NCBI GenBank assembly: GCA_964016885.1
Contig: OZ024754.1
Coordinates: 744,001-808,000, forward strand
Length of the DNA stretch: 64,000 bases
Origin: Eledone cirrhosa
Taxonomy: Eukaryota
Direction of reading: 5' to 3'
Position numbers and translations under genes: made by a program. Shown here piece after piece: positions 46,641 through 64,000 of this stretch (within the stretch, counting starts at the first letter, position 1; the number at the start of each line of letters is the position of its first letter). The notes under the pieces were generated by a model. The model saw only the letters and a list, made by a program, of their open reading frames with translations. It did not search any database and was not told where the DNA came from.

Positions 46641-48895
46641 GACGTCAGTGGCCCTGTTTCAGTACTGATTTGGTCTATGTAGACCCATCTAACCCTTACT
46701 AGCTGGGAGACACTAAATGATGATGCTGACAATATATATATATATATATATATATCATCACTGTTTAACATCTATTTTCCATGTTTGCATATGTTAGCCA
46801 GACTAGTCAGGGGACTAGGTCCTGCTCATTCACTTTGTTTTGGCTTGGTCTCTATAGCTGGATGCTCTTCCTAATCCTCCAGACTGCACATCAAGAGATA
46901 GTTTGCACATCAAGAGAAAGTTTGATCACCAATAGCAGGGTTTAAAGAGCAAAGGTCAAGTCCAGTCCATAAGTTGACATTATCAAGCCATCGTTTTGGC
47001 TGCCGACCTTTGCTTCCCTTACCAACCAACTTTCCATCTAGGCATAACTTACACCATGAGTTGATCTTTTGATATGACCGTACAGTTTAAGCACTCTTAC
47101 CTCACAACTGATGTGATTGGTCTAAGCCTGGTGATGTTGAGCAGCTCACTGATAGATACGGCCGCTGAGCCGCTTGCCAGTCATAAGTCTCTTCCTAATG
47201 CCAACTACTTAACAGAGTATACCGAGAGCATATTATCATGATTCTGACACTACCATCTTACAGAGTGGACTGGGTGCTTTTCTAGTGACACCAGCACTAT
47301 GGTGCTCAGTGTACAAAGTCATGTCATTTGTGGGAATGGGGTGTCATGGTGGCCTAAAAAGGGAGGTATTTATATAATGCTCAGAGCAAATGATGCTTTC
47401 ATTTTGGGATGTACCAGGCTTTCCTGGGTTCAAAAAATGCAGGTGTGCAAGGGAAGGTGAAGCAGTCACGGTTCTTCCTAGATTTCCATGCTATCATGGG
47501 TTGGGTGAAAATGTCAGGAGTATATTGGCAGGTTAGGACCTGAGAGTTGTTCCATCACTCTGATTCTTGGGTTTAGGGTGTAGAAGTGGATCAGAGGCAA
47601 GCTGGCAGGGATTTCAAGAGTATACTCGTGGGTGGAAGATGGAACTTGGGTGTTGTACTACCACTGTTATCATCGTCTAACCTCAATTTTCCATGCTTGC
47701 ATGGATTGTCCTTAAGGAAATGTTAGTTTTTAGGATGCACCTTCTAATTGCTAGGTCTGGGGAGGGTTATAGTTGTAATCCAATGGAAAGGGAGATGTTT
47801 TAGGAACTGCTGACTTCAATTTGTGTGTCTTGAAAAAGGAATACGCAATCTGTAACCCTCAATACCAAACCACATTCTACAAACCTTCCATCACGATTTT
47901 CTGCAAGAACCTTTAAGTTATTTTCCAAACACCAGCTTATGAGAAAGTATTATTTTACTTAATCCTTTATTTTCAAAATGAATTAGAAATATGGTAATGA
48001 TAAATGTATAAATCTCCCATAGTTCACCATTGTATTGTACCATATGGAATTAATGGTATGGGCTCTGGTAAACAGCAAAGACATAGTGAGGTAATTGATT
48101 TTACAAATAATCCTTATAATTAGAAGGGAGGATGAATTGAAGTCAGATTTACCAAATGAGAGAAGAAAAATAAAATAGTTGGTCAAAATGTATAAACTAG
48201 CATTATTCCGAGTGATATGATAAAAACCAGAAACATTTTTCTTCACACTTGTAGAAAAATGCTCAGAATATAGTTTAGCTGAAGTTTCCTTTTTAAGGTA
48301 ATGGAAAAATGCCAGTGACATTTACACATCCAGTATTTAGTGTAGGATAGTGATAAAACTAATAGGACTGCTGAGTAGAAGAAACAGCATAGCTGCAAAC
48401 TGGTGGTTAAAGTGTGTTAGTGAGTTGAATCATTGCAGTCATCTAGGATGCTCATATACAACAGCAGCAGCATTATCATAAACTAGCAGAAAAACCACCC
48501 TTCGGGTGGTTTTCTGCTAGCAGTATAAATATTATACGCAAGTATATATGATACATCAAATAAAGTCGTAATTGACAATACACACAGAAATTGAACAAAG
48601 ACTGTGTTACACTGTCTTATGTAATCAATAACGTAATCCATGATACATTAAAAAAAGACGATATTATATATAAACTGCATTAGGAGAAAATTAGTGACGG
48701 AAATATATGAATGTTTATTTAAGCAATCGCTAACCGGATGTGTTGACATTTGAAAATTTTAAAGAAGTAAATCTTAAAATAAACTACAAAATTATTTATA
48801 TTTAATCAAGAATAACAATATTTCATAGATAAATTATGTAATATTCATTCATTATTTATTCAAAGTAATGCAACTTATTTTACAAACAGGATAAA

Positions 48896-49073
48896 ATAAT
48901 TGTTTCTACTTTAGGCCAGCAAACTGCATTACTGATACTTTATTTTATCAACCCCGTAAGGATGAAAGGCAAAGTCAACCTCGGCGAGATTTGAACTCAG
49001 ATCGTAAAGGGACGTAACTATGCTGGAAAGCATGTCATCCGACCCTCTACCGATACTGCCAATCCACCGCCCT
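48896..49073 (-). mobile_element. tRNA-derived SINE
   Basis: Reverse complement closely resembles 55455-55634 (GAGTTCAAATC B box, GACTTTGCCTTTCATCC). Confidence 0.8.
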
Positions 49074-49099
49074 AGGATAAAATAATATATTCTGGATGC

Positions 49100-49365
49100 T
49101 GTCCTGCACTCATTACAATCATGTTGTGTTCGATTGCTCGACTGGATTGTATGTCGTGTTCTTGAGCAAAACATTTCATTTCAAGTTGCTCCAGCATACT
49201 CAGCTGAAAATGAGTACCAGTAATAGCTGGGAGTTTAAACCTATGACAGACTGGCATCCTGTCCAGGAGAAAGAGAGTCTTGTACTCACAGGTCACTTCA
49301 CACCACGAAACCGGGATAAGCACTGGCCTAACAAGCCTCTTGGTTTGAGAGATTTTAACCTTAAA
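49100..49365 (+). mobile_element. SINE (second family, TTGAGCAA central motif)
   Basis: GTTCGATT B box, TTCTTGAGCAAAACATTT, ACTGGCATCC, GAAACCGGGATAAG tail. Related copies at 56385-56650 (+) and 56955-57147 (-). Confidence 0.65.
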
Positions 49366-49711
49366 CTACTTGAATGGTGCTTTAGAGTATTAGGTGTGTA
49401 CAAGGACTACTGGCATCCAAGGTGTATATCAGGGCATGATTTTAGTGATAAAGATACAAATAAACTGTGCCACCCACGAGTAAATTTTGAGACAATGTAA
49501 AAAATCTAGGAACTGACTGGTGGAATATACACTCAGTAATGTGTACCAATACACATGTAGACATCACTATCATAGTTTGGTTGTCAGTAAATACATCAAT
49601 GAAATATAAAAACTTACAAAGACACAAAATGAAAAATAACAAAAAACAAGTTTAAATTCCAATCACAAATTTATTTCCATTTTCAAAATAAAATAAACTT
49701 GGCTGGAGTCC

Positions 49712-53821
<4,110 letters not shown>

Positions 53822-54073
53822 GCTGATTTATGGCGACGAGCACAAGCGGAAAGAACGATGGGATTGAAACGAAGTAGAACGGTGTAAATATTTTTATTAG
53901 TGTATTAAACTTTATATTTTAAAAAATAGATTATCTTTATAAAAAATTATATTTCTAAATTTCATCTAATTTTTATTTAAGTAATTTCATTTCAATTACA
54001 TATAATTGTCGACATCTATTTCACCTTATTTAAATTTACTCCGGCCTTATAATTAGTGTGTGTTGTTTTCATC
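53822..54073. promoter_or_regulatory. Bidirectional promoter region RPS28/NDUFA7, with TCT/5'TOP-like motif for RPS28
   Basis: Minus-strand TTCTTTCC at 53855-53848, ~30 nt upstream of the RPS28 ATG. The two ATGs diverge 253 bp apart. Confidence 0.75.
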
Positions 54074-57000
54074 ATGGCTCAGCGAAGATCTGTTACACCA
54101 ATTATAGCTAAAATTCGAGATTGGTTTCTTGGGGTAAGATTTTATATATAAATAGCAAGCATATTGTGATACTATTTTATGAATATAAATATTTATTTGT
54201 GTTTTATTGAAAAATGTTCATTCTAAGTGTTAATAGTGACTTTGAATATTACCAAGGACATGCCTTTCACGTCAAATCATTATTTTATTCTGAGTTCAAA
54301 TCCCGCCGAGGTCAATTTTGCCTTTCATCCTTACGGAGTCGATAAAATAAAGTACCAGTAATGTACTGGCCTTGTGCCAAAAGTAGAAACAATTATTTTA
54401 AAATAATGTTGGGTATTTTATAAAAGAACACCCAAAGTTCAATGGGAAAAACATTTTTTTTCGTGTGCTATCAACTAATCTAACATTCTGGCAATTAACT
54501 ACATTATTATACAAGAACACCCCACTCGATTCTTTTTCTTATTACGACAAATAACATTGAAATATTTACATGTGCTTTCTCTGTAGTAATTTTTAAATAT
54601 CTTATTTTATTTTGACAATTGAATGAATGAACCTGATCTGCTTGGCTTCATAATGCAATCATGGAAAATAGACGTAAAATGGTGATAATGATTATAAACA
54701 GTGCTTGAAAGATCAGGCTGTGGAATTAACTTGAGCAAACACAGAATACAAATATAATGATATTCCTACTGTAACTGAATGTGTTAGTTAAAGTCTCTCT
54801 CAAGCCTAGAAGGCGTGAAACTCCTTTGAAGTTAAGGATAGTCTTGAATTTCCCAGGGTTTTAGCTTGAACAGTAGACATGTTGATGGTAAGGTGCTACA
54901 CCTTCGCCTCTTTAATAAAAATAAGTGCTGGTGCCATGATAAAACTGCACCCAGTCAAATGTAAGGTGGTAGTTCTGGTATCATGGTAAAATGCACCCAG
55001 TCAACTGTAAGGTGGTGGTGCTGGTGTCATGATAAAACTGCACCCAGTCAACTGAGGTGGTTGTACTGGTGCCATGATAAAAATGTACCCAGTCAGCTGT
55101 AAGGTGGTAGAGCTGGTGCCATGATCAAATGTACCCAGTCAGCTGTAAGGTGGTAGTGCTGGTGGCATGATAAAATGTACCCAGTCAACTGTAAGGTGGT
55201 AGTGCTGGTGGCATGATAAAATGTACCCAGTCAACTGTAAGGTGGTAGTGCTGGTGGCATGATAAAATGTACCCAGTCAGCTGTGTAGTGGATAGATGTA
55301 TTCTTTGCTTCTTTGCAGAATGAATGATAAAAAGAATGATGCCAGAATTGTGATGTTGACAATGTTTATTTTACAATAACAAAATTCACTTGTTGGTACA
55401 TAAAATATTGAGTAATAAAATCATGACAGCAATTATCACTACATTAATTTCCTATTGGCAGTATCGGTAGAGGGTCGGACGCCATGCTTTCCAGCATAGT
55501 TACGTCCCCTTACGATCTGAGTTCAAATCCCGCCGAGGTTGACTTTGCCTTTCATCCTTACGGGGTCGATAAAATAAAGTACCAGTAATGCACTGGGTAA
55601 TTGCTGGCCTTGTGCCTAAAGTAGAAACAATTAATTTCCTACTAGCTACTTTGAGCTAGTGTAAATGCATGTATCACATAAAATGATATAGTAAAAGTTG
55701 TGTTGTATTTTACAGTAGTAGAGAAATGACAGGAAGGCGAAAGAATAGATTAAGTGTAGAAGGGAACAATATAAGGAAACCTACTGTGTGTGTGTGTTTA
55801 TCCTTAGCATACGTTGTTCCTGTAGTAGTGGTCAATCTGTCGAGCTGGTATGAAATGTGAGAGCATAGTAAACAGACTGTATTCGTGAAAAGAAATTTCA
55901 TAGTGTTAGCAGAACTTTCTTCTCTCATCTGTGTTATCACTATCTCTGGTTCTGTTCTCGAAGCAATTGTATTTATAATGATACTATAGCTAGAAGGATG
56001 TGTATATGGGTTGATTTAGTAGCAGCCATGTGTGTCTGATCTGTCAAGTGCCTGGGGTCACAGGTCAAGTGGTATATACGTTTATCATAGTTGTCTCTTA
56101 ACAGGACAGTGGTGAGAACTCCCAACAATAGGTGGTTTTAGATTCGGTTTTGAATCTTCGCCAGGTAAAACATAGTAGAATTCTGTAACGCGGTAGTACT
56201 GGTGACATGATAAAATGTACCCAGTTTCTTGGGGCACCAAAGAAGATTTTCTGGAGAAGATTATAATTATACCAGCGCATCATTGGTATAATTGACTATA
56301 GACAGATAACTAGCAACTGTAGCCCCAGCAGTTGTTCGTAGAACAATTAAATTTCCAAAAAATTTAGAGTGTTGAACTTCATACACATATTGTAGTGGGT
56401 TTGATTTCCAGAGTGGACAGCATGGTGTGTCCTTCAGCCCAGCACTTTATTTTACATTGCTCCAGTTCAGCCAGCTGAAAAGAATTTTTAAAAATGACCA
56501 CCACCATCATGAGCGGAAGGGAGATAACTTTGTAATAGACTGGCATCTACTGGGTGAATCTTTAACTATCAGTAATTTAACACTTCATGAGACAAGGATA
56601 AGGTCTGGTCTGATGAACGTTAGGCATGAAGCAGACTTTAACTTAACCTTCCTAATGATTAATGTTAGGCTTGTTAGATTTTTATGTTGACATGTGGTCC
56701 ACTTGTGTTTTAATACATATTTTTCTATGTTTTTGTTTCAGTTCAAATTCCAGTCATCACTTCGTTATGAACAAGAATATGCTAAAAGGTAACAAATAAA
56801 ATTTATGAAAATAATTATACATAATGTTGTTGTATGTCAAGAGTAATATTTCAAAATTAATTATTTGAACTTCAAATTATCTCTCCCTGTTCATAGTAGT
56901 ATTTTATAAATTGTCAAATGTTCTTTCTTTCAATTCTAAAAAAGTCTAAAGTCTATCTCAAACCCTGGGGCTCATCAGGCCAGTGCTTATCTCAGTTAGG

Positions 57001-60000
57001 TGGCATGAAGCGACTGAGAGTACAAGACATCCCTCCCAGTCCATCGCAGGGTTAAACTCCCAGCTATTGCTGGTACTCATTTTTTTTTTCAACTGAATAT
57101 ACTGGAATATTGGAAATGAAGTGTTTTGCTCAAGAACACAACACAACCCAGCAGTTAGTTATTTTGCTAAATCCCTCCTAATTCTTAATTTTTAAAGTTC
57201 ATTGAAAATCAAAGGTGGTGTCTTTTATTAGGAATATTGTCACAAAAGAGTTAAATTACTCATCACTTTTTTTTCTCTGTCTCTTTTTTACTCCAGAACT
57301 CAACCTCCACCACAATTGCCAGTTGGTCCTCATCACAAACTTTCGGGTAACTACTATTATACTCGAGATGCTCGTCGGGAAGTTTTGCCCCCTGTAATAG
57401 CGTACAGTCCAACACCAGCTATTGCTGCAGGAGAATCTGCTGAGTGAGTCTCTTATAGCCTTCACATTGTTTATTTACTGTATATATTCTAAAGGTGGCA
57501 AATTGGCAGAGTCATTAGAATGAGGGAAAGAATGCTTTATGGTATTTGTTCCGGCTCTCTGAGTTCAAATCCTGCCAAGGTCAACTTTGCCTTTCATCCT
57601 TTCGAGGTCGATAAAAAAAGTACCAGTCTGGTACTGAGGTTGTTTCTTCCTCCCCTTAGCGTTTTCTCATTTTCTATCTTTCTCTGGAAGAAATCTGCTG
57701 TACTCAGGCCTGGAGAGGGATGGGCTTCTTCGGGCTTGAAATGCTGCATGCCAGTACGGCGCCCCTATGACTCTACCAGGAGTTACAGGACCATACATAC
57801 ATAAATATATTCTAAGTGTTTCATCATCCATACAGCTCACATGTCCATACCAATGCAGTCCACTTATATCTGATTCCATTTATACCCAGTTTTTTTTCTT
57901 TCAATTCATCCATGTGCCATTGTTCATGCACATTAACATTGCACATCCATTAAAGCATATGTGTATATGCCCATGCCTGTTTTAAATCTTTCCTAACTGA
58001 CTTAGAAAGTCTAAACATTTCTGAAATTACTTTGATGTCCTTCAAGTCATTTTCATCATCATCATTTAACGTCTATTTTTCCATTCTAGCATGGGTTAGA
58101 GGAGTTGTCTTGTTGTGAGACAAGCCAGATCAGATGACCGTGTCTTGCTCATACAGAACTGTTTCTAGCTTGGTTTCTACAGTTGGATTCCCTTCCTAAC
58201 ACCAACCTCATTTACACTGTCAGCTGGGTGCTTTTTGTTGTGACTCCTACACATGTTATTCTTAATGTATAGCTTAGATTTCAGTGTATATTACTGGGAC
58301 AAATATTACTTAGATCAGGGATGCACTACCTCAGAAGGTGGTCATCAAAGTTCATGGACCACTAAGTATAAATTTACCATTAACTGTATTATGCAACACA
58401 ATAAGTCATACATAGTTGAAATAAATACATTAACTGTACTATCATTGTACTATCAAATACATGTAAATTTGTTTTTAGATTATCTTATGTAAAACATTTA
58501 GGGACGCCTTTGGTCATAGGTAACTTTGTGTGGACTGCCAAAACTTTGGCATGGAGCACTAGGGTCTTCCTGGATTACATAGCATGCCAGTGGCATAGAG
58601 GAATCTTTTTCTAAAGCATGCATAAGGCAAGTAGAATTATGTACTTTGACCAAGGAGATAATAATAAAGTTCAAAGCAGACCATTTTACATTATACAGTA
58701 GCTATTGTAATATGTTTTGACTTTGTCCAGCACCATATGTCACAAACATTATACATAATTCTTATATAATCTTAATTCAAAAAACGAGCCAATGACTTGA
58801 TCACCTATAGATCGTCAGCATAGTAAAGTTCCCATGGACAAAGGCTAAGTATAGTGGCTTATTCTTCTCTAAGAACCTCTCCTGTAATTGTCTCACCAAG
58901 ACGAGGGCATCTGTTGTACTTTTCCCAGGCACAAAACCAAACTGCATCTCATCTAGTTTGACCCTTTCTCTAATTAGTTGTGCTAATATCCTTTCTGCCA
59001 CTTTCATAACCTGATCCATCAGTTTTATACCCCTATAATTGCTCCTCTCCAGAGCATCCCCTTTACCTTTGTAGCAATTTATGAGAATACTGCTGCACCA
59101 GTCTTTAGGTATGACACTGCCATATATAGCCTGATTGATGATGTGTGCAACCAGTTTAGTGCCTACATCCCCTGATGCCTTCAGCATCTCAGCAACTATC
59201 CCCGACGGTCCAGCAGCCTTACCATTTTTCATTTCCTTAATTGCCTCTTGTACCCTATATTCGTCAATCTCAATAGCTGGTCCCTCTGTCGGATCTACTG
59301 AGGGTAATTTCTCTCTCTCCCATTCGTTCTCCACATTCATCAGTCTCTCATAATGACATTTCCAGGCCTCCTTTTTCTGATCATTCGTGACACTAAGTAC
59401 ACCGGCATCATTCCGGACACATTTATCTCCAACAACATCCTGATTTGCATTGACACACTGCCTTGCAATGTGGAACACCACACGCCTCTGATCTTCCCGT
59501 CGCAGAACATTGGCAAACCTCCTACTCTCAGCCTTCCTGCGTGCTAAGTACACCTGACGTCTAGCTTCTCTCTTAGCGGCTGAATATCTTTCGATGCTAG
59601 TCTTTTGTCTCTAATGGCCCTATCTACTGTGCTGTTCTACCACCAGGTCACTCTCTGTCTGTTTCACAATTGCCTGCAGTAAGTTGTCACGTAAGAAATT
59701 CCAGTTATTATCTATGTCGTACAACTCTAAATCGTTTTCTTTTTCGTCATACACATCTTGAAGAGCTTTCCTAAATTTGTATTTTAGTGAAAGGTCTTTT
59801 AGCTTCCAGACCTTTCTTCTCCACACCTTCCTCTATGTCTCATTCCATCTCTTGCTTACTGAGATATCGCTAACAACTAACCTATGCTGTGGGGTACATT
59901 CTTCCCCAGGGTATGCCTTGGTATTTGACACCATCTGCCTGTCCCGCTGCCTAACTAGTAAGAAGTCAATCTGGCTTATGTGCTCGCCTGATTTGTAGGT

Positions 60001-63000
60001 TATTAGGTGGTTGGCAGGTTTCTGGAAGTTAGTGATGCAAATGGTCAGTGTACTTGCATCACAAAATTCAAGAAGTCTCACTCCTTCTTCATTTATTGAG
60101 CCATAACCGTGCCCACCATGTACCCCAGTGTAACCATCCTGGAGCTGTCCAACATGACCATTGAAGTCCCCTGCTAGCATAACGATGTCTCCGTCCTTTG
60201 TCATTGCGGTTGTTTGTAAAAGTTGCTCGTAAAAGCAGTCTTTCTCTTCTTTACCTAGGCCTGCTTGGGGAGCATAGGCAGAGATGATTGTCAGTAGTCT
60301 CCTGCCTACAACTAATCTAAGTTTAATTATTCGATTATTAACTCGAACTACCTCTATTGTCTTATTGAACCTACTCTCAGCCAGGAAAATGCCTACTCCC
60401 CCGAACCCATCATCCTTACCTACCCAGAAAAGCTTATAACTAAGATGTTTGCTTGCAATTAGTCTCGCAGAGGCACCTCTCCATCTCACCTCTTGCACGC
60501 AGCACACATCCACATGCCTTCTCTCCAGCAGCATCATCATCATCATCATCATCATCATCGTTTAACGTCCATGTTCCACGCTTGCATGCGTTTGGACGGG
60601 AGTTTTCCCACTTGAGGCAAGAGTGGTTGTCTTGCTCGCATAGGACTGTCTGGCAGGTTTTCTACAGCTGGATGCCCTTCCTAACACCAACCACATTTAC
60701 AGTGTGGGGCTGGGAGGTTTTTACCGTGTTGCCTACACGGCCACATTACAGCGTGGACTGTGTGTTTTTTTGTCGTGACACCTACACGATCTCATTTGTT
60801 TCGGCCTGGATGTTGTGGCACCAACATAACTTTACATCGAAAGGGGTGGTGTGGATGTGGTGGGGGTGGTGGGACGGGGGTGTATTTTGTTAGAGATGCC
60901 TACTGACTGTAGTAGGTTTTACTTTGTATTTAGGTAAGGCGGGTCTTCTCTATTACTGAGTGCCGCCAAAGATCTCGGTCCAGTGACATTGTCTTGGAGA
61001 GGTGTAAGTGTCATATATATATATATATATATATATATACATTCAGCTGAAGCATATAGACAATATGCCCCCAACCCCTCCCAGTGCCAAGTGGTCGTGG
61101 AGGTGCCACGGCAAAAAAGCACCCAGCCCACACTGTAAAGTGGACATGTAGGCGCCACGGAAAAAAAGCACCCAGCACTCACTGTAAATGAGGTTGGTGT
61201 TAGGAAGGGCATCCAACTGTAGAAATCAACCCAGAATCAGTTCCTGTATGAGCAAGACAAGGTCAGCCGACTGGACACTGCCCACAACAGGACAACCCGT
61301 CTAACCCATGCTAGCGTGGAAGATAAAAGTACCACGGATGATCTCTTGTACGACAACTACAGAAGTACCTAGCTAAAAGTAAACCCCTCTACTTAGCTTT
61401 TGTTGACTTTGAGAAAGCCTTTGACAGAGTCCCCCGCTCCATTATCTGATGGGTTCTTAGAAAACTAGGAGTGGAAGAATGGCTTGTGAGAGCTATACAA
61501 GCCATGTATAGAGGAACAGTCAGCAAGGTTAAAATTAACAATGAATATAGTGAAGAATTTAGCATAAAAGTAGGTGTTCATCAAGGCTCTGTCCTTAGCC
61601 CCCTCCTGTTTATTATTGCCCTACAGGCTATTACAGAAGAGTTTAAGACCAGCTGCCCATGGGAACTTCTATATGCAGATGATCTAACTCTCATGGCTGA
61701 ACTAGAGAAGAAATTCCAAGCATGGCCTAGAATCAAAAGTCCTTAAAGTTAACTTATCTAAGACTAAAGTTTTAGTATGTAAAAAGGAAAATAAGGCACG
61801 GGTGCCCTTTGGGAAATGGCCATGCTCAGTGTGTAGAAAAGGAGTAGGTAGAAATTCCTATTCTATGCCCCAAATGCAAACTATGGGTACATAAAAGATG
61901 TAGTGGGATCACAGCAAGTTATCTAAAAACGTAAATTTTATATGTGGCCGATGTTCAGGTGCTGTAAGTGGCAAGTGTCCACTGGATACTGGCTCCTTCA
62001 ACTGCCCAGATGGTTCTATAGAAATAATAGGCACTTCCCGTTACCTGGGTGACAAAATCAGCGGAGGAGGAAGGTGCCCTGAAAATACAGTAGCCAGAGT
62101 TAGAACGGGATGGAAAAAGTTCAGAGAGCAATGTTACATGGCAGTGTGACATGGGCATTGTGTGCAGAAGACCTGCGCAGATTGGAAAGGAACGAAGCAT
62201 GCATGCTCCATTGGATGTGTAATAGTAATATACACGAACGGCAAAACATAAACAAACTAAGTGAAAAATTAGGAATAAGAGGGATTAGATGCAGTTTACT
62301 TGAGAGGTGATTATGTTGGTATGGTCATGTGATGCGCATGAAAGACAACAGCTGTACAAAAAAAGTGCAGGGCGATCAAAATTGATGGAAGCTACGTAGT
62401 AGGCAGACCCAGAAAAACCTGGGACGGGATGATAAAATCTGACCTTACACACTTACACCTCTCTAAGACAATGTCACTGGATCGAGACCTTTGGCGCAAC
62501 GCAGTGATACAGAAGACCCACCTTCCCTTACGCACAAAGTTAAACCTACAATCAGTAGGCACTTCTTAACCAAAGATACACCCCAACCCACTACCCCTAC
62601 TCCATCCTCCCACTCCCACCAACATCACCCTTTCTCTGTAAAGTTATGTTGCTACCACATAATATCCAGTTTACACTAAAGAGGTCCTGTAGGTGTCACA
62701 ACAAAAAGCACCCAGTTCACACTGTAAAGTGGTCATATAGGAGACACGGTAAAAAGGGTCCCAGTCCATACTGTAAATGTGGTTGGTGTTAGGAAGGGCA
62801 TCCAGCCGTAGAAAACCTGCCAAATACAGTCCTATACAAGCGAGACACGGTCACCCGATCAGTCTTGCCTCAAGTGGGACAATTCCCACCTAATCCATGT
62901 TAGTATGGAAGATGGACGTTAAATGATGAAAGATTCTCTGTTAAAATCCTTTTTATCACTATGATCTTGTTTGTTTTTTTTATTTTTTATTTATTATAGG

Positions 63001-63087
63001 TCTGCAGAAACTGTAAAGAAACTGCCGCCAATTCCTGGCTTTGGCTATGATTGGTCCACAGGGAAATCAGAACACAGTCCAAAATAA
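54074..63087 (+). CDS. NDUFA7: NADH:ubiquinone oxidoreductase subunit A7 (B14.5a), 4 exons: 54074-54133, 56742-56788, 57297-57443, 63000-63087
   Basis: Spliced translation [20 protein letters not shown]|[16 protein letters not shown]|[49 protein letters not shown]|[28 protein letters not shown] (113 aa). Diagnostic RTQPPPxLPxGPxHKLSxNYYxxRDxRRE motif, consistent intron phases, AATAAA at 63193. Confidence 0.93.
54288..54397 (+). mobile_element. tRNA-derived SINE fragment
   Basis: GAGTTCAAATCCCGCCGAGGTCAATTTTGCCTTTCATCC...GATAAAATAAAGTACCAG. Confidence 0.75.
54925..55284 (+). repeat. 46-bp minisatellite, ~8 copies
   Basis: Unit GTGCTGGTGGCATGATAAAATGTACCCAGTCAACTGTAAGGTGGTA (e.g. period 55161->55207). 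Confidence 0.9.
55455..55634 (+). mobile_element. tRNA-derived SINE
   Basis: A box TGGCAGTATCGG and B box GAGTTCAAATCC. Further copy at 57493-57640. Confidence 0.8.
58832..60530 (-). mobile_element. RTE LINE fragment with APE endonuclease and N-terminal RT, in NDUFA7 intron 3
   Basis: ORF 59833-60530 has [41 protein letters not shown] 58801-59553 has [17 protein letters not shown]. Confidence 0.9.
60531..61012 (-). mobile_element. RTE family B 3' end
   Basis: Reverse complement of the 13040-13518 type sequence, with (GAT)n tail. Confidence 0.9.
61044..61322 (+). mobile_element. RTE family A 3' UTR
   Basis: Matches 38490-38758. Confidence 0.85.
61325..62929 (+). mobile_element. Degraded RTE family B-like copy
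   Basis: [36 protein letters not shown] with frameshifts, plus 3' UTR. Confidence 0.9.
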
Positions 63088-64000
63088 TAGTTAGCTGCTA
63101 AAATAGTCTAATTTTACTGACTGCCATGCCTTGAATAAGAAGGCTTTTTGTTGACAGTTGAGAAGATTCAGAAGAGTTGTACGATTCAGAAAAATAAATT
63201 ATTTATAGAATTAAATACAAATTTGTAAATTAATGTGGTTATGTTCTTGATTTCGAGAGTGACAGATACTGGTTTTTGTTTTTTTGTAGGTGCAAAAATA
63301 TTGTATATATTGGATTTATTGATATCATCAAATATCTAGACAATAAAATCTAAGCTTTAAAGTATTATTTAGTAGATTGTGTTACTCAATTTTGGCTATC
63401 AGTTGTTGTACTTAGAGTGACCAATTTTGTAGATGAAAACTGTGTGAAAGCCTGTGATATGCATGTGTTTGTGTCAATTTGTGTGTTTATGTCCTGTAAC
63501 AGTTCAACAAGATCTTCACCCACTTATTCTTGATAGGGTCATGGGAACACAGTCCTCAAACACTTCTTCCAGCGAGTCCTGTCAGAAGCAAACATCTCTA
63601 ACTGATCTGGTTAGATCCCCAAGCGAAACCAGCCGAGTTTATGGATGTTATCCAACCATCTTGCTTAGGGTCTAACCCTGAGTCTCCTACTGGTTGGTTT
63701 TGCCTGTAAAATCCGTCTAGTGATTCTTTCCTGGGACATTTTAACCATATGCGCATAGTATCAATGCTGTGACCTCTCAATTCGGAGAAATTTGACATGA
63801 TCGATAAAATAAGTACCGGTGTTGATATGATGAACTAAATCCTCTTCTATACCTGCAGTCTAGGGACTGAAATCAATACAAACAAGTAATGAAATCATCA
63901 CTTCACTCAAGAAAAATAAATTCATTTAATATTTTCTTTTTAATACTCACAGTTGTCTCCCTTGCCTTTTTTTTTGTTGAAGGGCCGTTAAACAGTTTTT

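Noticed and set aside
47983-48321. Short AT-rich ORFs between 42 and 58 kb
   Set aside because: No recognisable motifs. They are intronic, intergenic or antisense to TE remnants.
56600-56640. CTGATGA motif (also at 56971-56978 on the minus strand) as a further hammerhead
   Set aside because: No properly placed GAAA or closing helices. It is part of a SINE 3' tail.

Overview
AT-rich animal genomic DNA, probably a cephalopod/octopus (inferred from the RTE- and CR1-type LINEs, tRNA-SINEs and huge (TA)n tracts). Positions 1-41.7 kb are a 'microsatellite sea' of kilobase-long interrupted (TA)n tracts. Inserted into them are a dead DD37D Tc1/mariner end and many 5'-truncated RTE and CR1-group LINE copies. 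The long Y/I-rich ORFs in the ORF track are artefacts of these tracts. The standout is an array of ~10.8 apparently identical 310-bp units (32248-35600). Each unit carries a type I hammerhead ribozyme with a palindromic helix III and a long extended helix I, i.e. a retrozyme/Penelope-pLTR-like self-cleaving repeat. A second hammerhead of different sequence but the same unusual architecture lies on the minus strand at 8694-8780. From 49.6 kb there are two spliced host genes missed by the ORF track, RPS28 (-) and NDUFA7 (+). They are head-to-head with start codons ~250 bp apart, the same pairing as in human.
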